Below, piece by piece: positions 54,945-64,000 of a DNA stretch of 64,000 bases; position 1 is the stretch's first letter; each line of letters starts with the position of its first letter. Position numbers and translations under genes: made by a program. This DNA comes from Octopus bimaculoides (taxonomy: Eukaryota). The DNA is taken from assembly GCF_001194135.2 (NCBI RefSeq), contig NC_068993.1:44257361-44321360 (forward strand), given 5' to 3'. The notes under the pieces were generated by a model, which saw only the letters and a program-made list of their open reading frames with translations, ran no database searches and was not told the DNA's origin.

Positions 54945-55241
54945 TCATCATCATCATCATCATCGTTTAATGTCCGCTTTCTATGCTAGCATGGGTTGGA
55001 CGATTTGACTGAGGACTGGTGAAACCGGATGGCAACACCAGGCTCCAGTCTAATTTGGCAGAGTTTCTACAGCTGGATGCCCTTCCTAACGCCAACCACT
55101 CAGAGAGTGTAGTGGGTGCTTTTACGTGTCACCCGCATGAAAACGGCCACGCTCGAAATGGTGTCTTTTATGTGCCACCCGCACAAGCCAGTCCAGGGGC
55201 ACTGGCAACGATCTCGCTCGAAAATCCTACGGGAGCCAGTC
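54945..55241 (-). mobile_element. RTE 3'-UTR-derived element
   Basis: Near-identical to 17748-18110 and to the reverse complement of 14700-14897. Confidence 0.8.
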
Positions 55242-55251
55242 NNNNNNNNNN

Positions 55252-55303
<52 letters not shown>

Positions 55304-57262
55304 TGTGAGTGTTTGCATTTCTTCATTTTGACATCATGTGACAGTTGGAAATGAGTATCCCTGTCATACAAGCAGTGTCTTTCATTTCCAATATTCTCCA
55401 TATCTGGCCAAGGAAACAAGTAAAGTTTGGTGACCTGGAAAGCATCCAGCTGTAGAAAATCTGCTTCAGTGATCTCTGTGGAACAAATCAGGCATAGAAA
55501 AGTGGACATTAAAACAGTGATGATGATGATGTTGTTTTTACTTACTCTAGCTCAGCATTATAACATAGTTTGTAACAACCATCACTATAAGCCTCTGAAA
55601 TTTGGTTCCTCACAACTTTGTTTTAATTGTTAAAATTGTTACTATTTCACATTTGATATGTAGCACTGTCTACTGGGAGAGTACTAGAGAAGCACATATG
55701 ACTTGCACTTTTGCATGATGTATTACTACTGTGAAGATATTACTGGCAGGAAATGGTTAACAAAGGGAGGGTTGTTATTTTATCAGTGGGACTATTTCTT
55801 ATTACTAACAGCTTTGAATCATGACAGTGAGTCATCAAATTCTCTAAGTCCTATTTTTTTTTTCTTGCTTGTGCCTCCAAACAAACAAGACTGTGTATGG
55901 GTTGAGGTATATATAATAATGTATTTGTTCACTAGAACAAAACATAAATTTTAATAAAGAACTCAATACCTGTACATAACATAGTAAGCTATTATATATT
56001 TGTTTAAGCTGAAAGTATTGAATACCAACTGAAATACGTGAATTTCATCATCTTCATTTAATGTCTGTTTCATGCTGGTGTGCGTGCATGTATGTGTGTG
56101 TGTTTGTGCATAAACACACCAGGTTTCTTTCAGTTTCTGTCTACCAAATCCAGTCACAAGGCTTTGGTTGGCCCAAGGCTAGAGTAAAAAATACTTGCCC
56201 AAGGTGCCATGCAATAGCACTGAACCCAGAACCATGTGGTTTAGAAGCAAACTTTTTACCACACCGCCTCAAGTTTGAGGGAAGGGATTCAGTCAATAAC
56301 ACTAGCATTTCACTAGTGTCCTAATGTACTATTTTATTTTAGTGTACTATTTTACTGACATCCATTCTCCCAGCCTTCAAAAGGCTGGGAACTAAATTTG
56401 ATATTGGTTCAGTTTGAACTCATGGCATAAAATGCTGTAACAAAATAGCACAAGGCACCTTATTCATCATTAACAATTCTACTGATCCACCATCCTAGCA
56501 GTAAAATATATTGCTATATATTGATTTATTGTAGTAACTTATTGTATCGATTCATGTTATTGATTAATTTATTAGACTGAATTATTGTATTGATCACCTT
56601 CACTCACTCATATAATTACAAATTTTCTTGTTCTACATTGCTTGGAAAAGAAAGTATTCAGAATGCAAGTTTCTATTGAGTGTGTATGCCCATGTGCATG
56701 TCTGTCTGTATGTCTATATCTGTCTGTGTGTGTGTGTGTCTGAATATAGATCTAGTCCTCTCTCTCCACCTCTCTCTCTTTATTTTGTAGCTGAATGTCT
56801 GCATTGGTGTGTGTTTATTTGTCTGTGCATATATATTCACTTGTGTGAGTAAACGTGTGTGTGTATGCAAATGTGTATGTCTATCTGTGTGTGTTCCTGT
56901 TGTGCATAAGTCTGTCTTTAGCTGTCTGCAAGTGTCAGTATGTGGTGCTCTTCTCTTTTTTCATGTAACTGCATGTCTGTACTGGTATGTGTGTATTTGT
57001 ATGTATGTCTGTCTATCTTTGTTTGTGGATGTATGCTTCTCGCTCTGTGTGTTTCTCTCTCTCATTATATATCTATCTGAGTGTGCATGTATGGGTATCT
57101 TTTTAGGTATATACATGTTCCAGTCTCTGTGCATATTTTCATATATGCAGGTATGTGTGCATGCACACAATTCTTGATCATTTCCTTTTAGTTTTATGTT
57201 GGATTTATATTTTATTGCTGTGTATTTAGCTTATATTTCTTGTTTTATATCTTTTTTTCCAG

Positions 57263-57414
57263 AAAGAGCAATGTTTTAGTATTGTGGTTGGTGCACGCCA
57301 TAATCTTGTCACACTGATGAGTCCGAATGAAAATCTTAGAGACATGTGGGTACGAGGACTTCGTCATGTGATTGCCTCTGAAAAATCTGCCCAACAAGAG
57401 AGAGAATATGACAG
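57263..57414 (+). CDS. PLCD: PLC exon; C-terminal PH domain
   Basis: Acceptor cttttttttccAG at 57261-62; phase 0 to 2, 152 nt. Encodes KEQCFSIVVGARHNLVTLMSPNENLRDMWVRGLRHVIASEKSAQQEREYD(R), with the PLC PH motifs CFSIV and WVxGL. Ends at the U12 donor ATATCCTTT. Not present in the supplied ORF track. Confidence 0.92.
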
Positions 57415-57579
57415 ATATCCTTTGTTCCTGTTTTTTTTTTTATAAATTGCTTTATTAAATGTTGTTTCTAATGATTCTTTAGCAACATAATAGTCAACTA
57501 AATCTTTTGTTTCTGTCATAAATGAGATCATTAGGTACAACTTTTGTTTCACTGATGGTTGATAGTTTTATATTCGCAA

Positions 57580-57940
57580 GCATGGCTGTGTAGTAAGAAC
57601 TTTTTTTTTCCCAACCACATGGTTTCAGTTTCAGTCCTACTGTGTGACATCTTGGGCAGTTTTTTTCAACTAGAGCCCCAGGCCGACCAAAGCCTTGTGA
57701 GTGGATTTGATAGACAGAAACTGAAAGAAACCCATTGCATTTATGTATGTATACATACATGTAGCATTTTGTGTGTGTGTGCGTTACTGTCTCCTTTTCT
57801 GGCATCACATGATAGATGTAAGCAAGTGTTACCATCATACACATAGTGTCCTTCATTTCCAGTCATCCAAGATATGTCTGGTCATGAAGAAATATTATCT
57901 TACTTGGAGGGTTGGCATCAAGAGCATCCAGCTGTAAAAA
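57580..57940 (+). mobile_element. tRNA-head SINE inside the U12 intron
   Basis: Same head as the other copies (ggctgtgtagtaag..ccaaccacatggtttc..ggccgaccaaagccttgtgagtggattt..). Confidence 0.75.
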
Positions 57941-58272
57941 ATGCACCTCATCAAATTCCATCCAAACCATGCAAAATAAAAAAAGTAAAGGTTAAAACGA
58001 TTCTGATGATAAACCCATCTATGATAGATACCCACCTATAGTGATAGGTACGGAAAAATAGTGGTTGGCATTAGGAAGGACATCCAGCCATAGAGACCAA
58101 GCCAAAACTGACTATGGCATCTGGTGTGGCCCCTAGCCTTGCCAGTTCATGTTAAGTTGTCCAACCCATGCCAGCATGGAAAACAGATGCTAAGGTTACT
58201 TGATCAGAGTTGACCTGGGGTTAAGTAACAATATGCATTAAAAAAATGCATCTATTTTGTAAACTGAAGTTC

Positions 58273-58374
58273 ATGTGTATTCTCTGTTTTCTGTGCATGT
58301 ATGTGTGTGTATTCTCTGTTTTCTGTGCATGTATGTGTGTGTATTCTCTGTTTTCTGTGCATGTATGTGTGTGT
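58273..58374. repeat. 32-bp tandem repeat, 3 copies
   Basis: attctctgttttctgtgcatgtatgtgtgtgt starting at 58279, 58311 and 58343. Confidence 0.9.
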
Positions 58375-58684
58375 ATGCTTGTCTGTGTGTTTGTTTGCAT
58401 TCAATAAACTCTGCTGCTGTAAACTAAATAAAATTTATAGATTCTTTGTTAGTTTTGACAATGAGTATTTAGTCATTTGATCAACTCGCCTTGTTACTCA
58501 TCAAATTAATACACACACACACTTGAAACAAGGTGTGGTTGTGTCGTTAAGAAGCTTGCTTCCCAACTTTCTAGGGGTAAGCAAGTAGGAAATAACAGTT
58601 ACTACCCAAGGACAAAAATTGTGTTACGCAGTGTTATTGTAATATTAACCAAAAACATATAAGTTCCTTAACCAATTTTTTCAC

Positions 58685-58814
58685 ATGGATCAGAGATGCT
58701 TTTCTAAGTGCTGACAAAAATTCTGATGGTGAAGTGGATTTCGATGAACTGGTTAAATTACTGAAGACCCTTAATGCACGCATGAAGAAGAAATACATTT
58801 TGCAGATTTTCAAT
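58685..58814 (+). CDS. PLCD: PLC exon; EF-hand 1
   Basis: Phase 2 to 0, 130 nt, donor GTAATT at 58815. Encodes (R)WIRDAFLSADKNSDGEVDFDELVKLLKTLNARMKKKYILQIFN, with a canonical EF loop DKNSDGEVDFDE as in the PLC-delta/eta 'WxxxxFxxADKN' segment. Confidence 0.93.
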
Positions 58815-59529
58815 GTAATTTCTTTTGCATTTATTTCATTTTTTTTAATTTCTTTTTTTTTATACTTCATTTATTAATAAATATATTTTGTTTCATAACA
58901 TGTGAACAAAAGTGTTATTAGTTACAAGAATCCAATACGTAAATCACTGGCTCATTGCATTTCTGATAGTAAAGAACTATCTGTAATTTGGTGCAAAGTT
59001 AGCAGCAGAGGAACAGACTTTAATCCTTTACCTGTCCAAAGAATCTCATAAGTTTGTGCTAAACATTAATGCGTGTTTTCAGACTTTTAGTTAGTCCCTG
59101 TTTCATGTTCTGAGTAATTAATATAAATCTTTTCTTTCATAAGTACCAAATTACTATGGTGGTTGAAAAAATTGGGAATGTACATCATATATGATGCCTG
59201 GATGCCAGAGAAATATGCCCATGTGATAAACAGGACCGGCAAATGGCTAAAGATAAATTGTATTGAGAAACTAATGGTTAAAAAACAAAATCATAGTTGA
59301 GTCAAACTCAAACATAGAATATGCAGTGATATACATGAGGCTATAACTCACATCATATAAGATGCCCACAGTTAACTCAAGATGATTATAAAAAGTACAG
59401 GCTTCAGAAAATTGCTGCAATAATTCAACGGAATTTTTTTAAGAGGTTCAATTTTTTTTTTTTTTTTTTTTTTTGATATGCAAAAAGGAGCATTGACTAT
59501 TTTTGTGGGAACAGAAATGAAAGCTCTTG

Positions 59530-59790
59530 AAGACAATAATATGAAGATATGGGATTTTCCTACACATACTGAAAATAGAACAGAGCACAAGTTGGATTTT
59601 GTTGTTGTTATGAGAAAAAGAAAGTATGTCTGGATGCACCCTTTTGATACCAGAGTTGAGAAAAAGAAGAAAGAAAAATTAGAGTATTATAGAATCTTGG
59701 AAAATGAAATTCTCAAACATTGGAATAAAGATATTAACAAGGTCATGATACTGCAAATTATCATTGGGACCTTGGAACTGTGATGAATAA
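59530..59790 (+). mobile_element. RLE (restriction-like endonuclease) domain fragment of an R4/Dong-like LINE
   Basis: KIWDFPTHTENRTEHKLDFVVV..PFDTRVEKKKKEKLEYY..IIIGTL matches the WDFxxxTD..PD(I)VV..K..KY..GALG pattern. Confidence 0.75.
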
Positions 59791-60078
59791 TTTGAGTGCA
59801 ATCTGTGAGTGAGTGCTGTACTGAAAACCTTTTTACTTGGTTCAATGAGAATTATCCAGTCAGTTGGCAATATAAAGTAAGGACAGATATGAATAGCATA
59901 AAACGACTTTAATAGAAAATAGTGCAAGAGTGCTTCTCATCCAAGCCCTTAGGTTGTGGTTCAATAGGGAGCATAATTAAAGTGGTTACAGAATCAGTAT
60001 TGTATGACTATAAATAATTTTAATAATTGTTTCTAACAAAGGCACAAGGCTATAATTTTTTTTTTTTTTCTTTTAAAG

Positions 60079-60197
60079 GAAGCTAACACAGACAAAACTG
60101 TCAACCGTCATGGTAAGCAAACTTTGGATAGTGAAGAATTTGTGAAATTCTATCATCTTCTCACTAGGAGAAGTGAACTGGAAGAATTGTTCAAGAG
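60079..60197 (+). CDS. PLCD: PLC exon; EF-hand 2. The gene continues beyond the window
   Basis: Acceptor poly-T...ttttaaAG at 60077-78 and donor GTAAAT at 60198; phase 0 to 2, 119 nt. Encodes EANTDKTVNRHGKQTLDSEEFVKFYHLLTRRSELEELFK(R), resembling PLC-delta 'TLxxEEFVxFYxxLTxRxExxELF'. Confidence 0.9.
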
Positions 60198-61949
60198 GTA
60201 AATATTGCTATTTTTTGCCTTCCCTTGTCATTCTTTAATTTAACTTTCCATTTCTTAACATTTCTACTAAAAGAAAAAAGAAACAATGTTTGTGTTCCTT
60301 TTGCATATGTTTCCTTTATTCTTAATCAAATCTTTGTGCGTGTGAAATACTAAACAGTTTTTGTTATTGTAATAATATCATTTTTTAAAACCTATTTTCT
60401 ATTAGTTACATGAACAAGAAGTTTTAGATTTATGAGGAAGATAAGAATGTATGATGTTCATACCTTTTCCCAAGAATATAAGCAAACATTTTTCACACTT
60501 TTCAAAAAACATATCCATGAGTGTTATATTTCTTCCTCCAACTAGTATGGAAGCCAAGCCAATATGAAGGTCTAGATTTCGTATTAGCTGAACCTCCTCA
60601 ATCAAGCAACAAAATCTTCAGTAAACCTTCTGGCATCTTCAAAATGGAGAGACATGTGTTTGGAGTCTTAAATCATCTGTCCATATTAGAGACAAGGTAA
60701 CCATGAATGACTACGACACTGATTGAAAACATTATTCAATCATGTCTTTCTCTCTCTTTGGTGGCTGCGCCAGCATTGCAGAACAGACACAATTCAACAA
60801 AACTAAAATTCCTTCCTCAATAAACCTCAAGCTTTATGCCCATCGCATTGAGATATTGTTATAATTATGGGAAGTTTGTTTTACTTTGTGTTTCTCTTTC
60901 TATTTCTTTGCCATTTCATGAATGTAATAAGTTTATATATTGTATTTATTATTCTATAACCTCTTATTTCATATATATATTTATCATTTCTGATTCCTCC
61001 TTTCACTCCTGCACTCATTGATTCAGCCCAATTCTTTGTCCTTGCTGTGCAAGTGTAACAAACATGTAATGAAACTTCTATATAGTCGTGTATAAATAAA
61101 ACAATATCCAAATTTTTATCAACAAACTCCCTGACATCTGTGGAATGAGGACCACGTTTTCTGTGCTAAGCGTTAAGATAGTATGCTTCACCAAAAAGAA
61201 AGGATGAACTAGCAAAGGAAGCTCAATGTAGTTGAAATAGCACTTAAATACTTTCCTAATCACATCCCACAAGCTAAAATAATTAGATACATTTTAATAA
61301 TCTACTCTTAGATTCAGTGTCTAAAAAAAAAAGAATAGGATTGTTACAGTTAAAACATTTGCAATCAGAGGTCTGTTGGATCAGGGCTGATCTGGGGTCA
61401 AAGGTCAGCAAAAATAATGATATAAAGGTTTATTGATTGATTGTTTGAATATAGTAGAGTTAAATAAGGCCTAGGGACCAAATGTGTTATGTTACAGTCT
61501 TAATCCAGCACTGTATCTAAGAAATCTGTATTCTTATAAAATAGAGCCTTTGCCTCTTAATTTCTTAATTGTTATTTTTCCCTCTCATGAGGAAAGACAG
61601 GCATTTCACATCTTCCAAATTTGACTGCATTTTGATAGTTATTCAATTTGTTCAGCTAAGTCTTCCTACCATCTCCCATTGACATTAACTATTCATCACA
61701 CTGATTATGGGAGATATCAATTTGGCTGGAGTTTCGATATCTAACCAAAGAGATTGGATTGCCATTAACCAGAAATGGATTGAAACACATTTAGATCAAC
61801 TCTCTGAGAATTTAGCTTCTACACGATTTTGTTGCAGTATTTTGTGTTATTTCTATGGCATTAGAAAGTAACAAGGAGTAGGGAGCTGGCAGAATCGTTA
61901 ACATGCCAGGCAAAATGCTTTGCACCGTTTCATCCATCTTCATGTTCTG

Positions 61950-61984
<35 letters not shown>

Positions 61985-62043
61985 GATAGATAGATAGATA
62001 GATAGAAATATTTACCAAAATTACATAAAATTATCTTTAAATA

Positions 62044-62290
62044 CAGTAGTGGCCATAATATAAGGGTCATTAAGAACAAGTGTATTATTATAGAAGATTA
62101 ACAAAACGTTGAGACTAGATATTTTACACATATTTAGATATATCTAACTCTTACTATTAATATTTTGTGAACATCTCTTTACTATCAATGACCTCCTGAC
62201 ATCTCTTACCACAAGACTGAATTAATCTCTTGCAAAATGATGGAGTAATATTGTTCCATTCGTTTTTCAATAATTCCCAGAGTATCACTC
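62044..62290 (-). mobile_element. Tc1-family transposon 3' end
   Basis: TA|CAGTAGTGGCC terminus at 62042-44. The minus-strand peptide LWELLKNEWNNITPSFCKRLIQSCGKRCQEVIDSKEMFTKY* is the Tc1 C-terminus. Confidence 0.8.
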
Positions 62291-62570
62291 TCGGTACATG
62301 TCCACAGATTGCACTGTCCCCAGAATGATACTCAAACACTCTGAAATGTCCATACTGGAGCTTCTGGTGCAAATGCCAAGCAGCACAGCATGTCTTTTCC
62401 AAATTTCTGACAGTGAAAATCATCATGGTATTGTTTTTCTCACAAACACTGCCCAACTGACCCTGCTATACTGTGTAGTCAACAAAATCAAAAACAAATT
62501 AATGATGCACATGTGAGAAATTAAAAATATAGAATGGCGACAATTTACCCATCGCACCTTCTGTGTGTGC

Positions 62571-62615
<45 letters not shown>

Positions 62616-62939
62616 AAACTCTGTGCTGCATCTCGGAATATATATATATATGTATGTGTGTGTATATATNNNNNNNNNNNNNNNNNNNNNNNNNNNNNNN
62701 NNNNNNNNNNNNNNNNNNNNNNNNNNNNNNNNNNNNNNTATATATATATATATATATATATATTATGCATAATTTTTCCAGTATGTCTTTGTGTGAGTCC
62801 TTTACTAACAAATTAACACTGACTGTCAGACCAACCTTGATGATGTCAGTATTACTTGCTTCCTTTTAGAAAATAAATAAATGAATATAAAGCAGAGTTT
62901 CTGTGAGGTCAAGGTAGTGGAATACTGAGCACTAACTTT

Positions 62940-63341
62940 ATTATGACATTTTGTTGTGTTGTACTTCTGAATATGACACATACTGTTCTGCTTTTGTGTC
63001 AAAGAACACTACTTAAGTTACAGGAACTGAACTGTCGTTCAAGTACTGTCACCCAACATATTCACCAAACCTTGCACCAACAGACTATCATGTTTTCCAG
63101 GTAATAGACAACTTTTTGCCAGGAAAAAACTTCAAATCTGAAGAAGATGCAAAAAAGCCTTTAGTGATTTCATCACCTCTTGCTCTCCAGAAATCTACAT
63201 TGCTGGCATAAACTACCAATAAAAAGGCAAAATTGTGTTGATAATTTAAGTGCATACTTTGATTAACTGCATTGCTTTTTGCTGAGATAAAGTAAAATAA
63301 ACTTTAGTTCAAAATTGGACATTTCATTCTTAATGACCTGA
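62940..63341 (+). mobile_element. Mariner transposase C-terminal remnant with right TIR
   Basis: HPTYSPNLAPTDYHVF..FLPGKNFKSEEDAKK matches the YSPDLAPxD motif. Terminus ..ggacatttcattcttaatgacctga|TA at 63341. Confidence 0.8.
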
Positions 63342-63438
63342 TATAAAGGAGTATAAAGAAACCAACAAAATCATTACACTCATTGGTCTGGATACTCGTA
63401 CATTAAATGAATTTGTGTACAAATCTCTCTTCTTCTCC

Positions 63439-63473
<35 letters not shown>

Positions 63474-64000
63474 CTTATAGCATCTATTTAAATACAATAT
63501 AGTTTTCCTCTTATTCTTTCCATATTTTTGTTTTTACATTATAACATTATGAATGTTTGAGATGGTTGATACAATTCATTTTCAATACCTTCGTATTTTG
63601 GCTTTAAAAAGAAAACTCTTGCTGTTACTCTTCAAGACCAAACTGAACTTAAAGAAAGGATGGAGGTTGGGAGAACACTAACAGATGTTATTGGCTAAAA
63701 TTTAATACTGATCAATCTGCACATCTAGTATTAATTGATATTGATGGATGTTTGCTAACATCCATCAATAGATAGCTTTTGATTCTAATGTTACACACTC
63801 AATTATTTGTAAGCATATATTTCATCCATCAAAAATTCATAACCTGAGGGAAGATGTCCCATGGTCCAGGCTTAGTTCAGGCCCCAACTAATGCACTATA
63901 GAGGTTCTTGAATTTAGCTGTGACATCATATTGGTACCTCTCTTTTGGCAATGCAGTTTAGTCATTCACCTGACAGGGACAAATTCCACTGAAATAGATA

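Larger units (their letters stand above)
57415..58684 (+). other. U12-type (minor spliceosome) AT-AC intron, 1270 nt
   Basis: 5' site ATATCCTTT (57415-57423), branch point TTCCTTAAC (58664-58672) and terminal AC (58683-84). Removing it gives GAC AG|A TGG, an open frame (..EYDRWIRDAF..). Confidence 0.95.

Noticed and set aside
57314-57335. CTGATGAGTCCGAATGAAA within a PLC exon
   Set aside because: It is explained by codons (LMSPNEN) and has no compatible stems.
60198-64000. Next PLC exon (EF3-4/X domain)
   Set aside because: I found no phase-2 exon with a PLC-like translation by eye; it probably lies beyond the window.

Overview
AT-rich, microsatellite- and SINE-dense eukaryotic DNA with many N gaps. 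The repeat content looks like an octopod (Octopus-like) genome; this is inference, as no search was run. The only host gene I can support is a + strand phosphoinositide phospholipase C of the delta/eta type. Five phase-compatible coding exons (48020-48172, 54437-54507, 57263-57414, 58685-58814, 60079-60197) splice into a PH domain plus an EF-hand pair. The first exon is not located with certainty and the catalytic domain lies beyond the window. The third intron is a clear minor-spliceosome (U12) AT-AC intron (57415-58684). The rest is mostly mobile-element debris: TGTA-type LTRs (three solo LTRs with 4-bp TSDs), RLE-type and RTE LINE remnants, composite tRNA-head SINEs, Tc1/mariner/MULE fragments and MITEs. 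Two small RNA-level signals stand out: an apparently intact minimal hammerhead ribozyme (8237-8279, minus strand) and a tRNA-Trp 3' half framed by a direct repeat at the window start.
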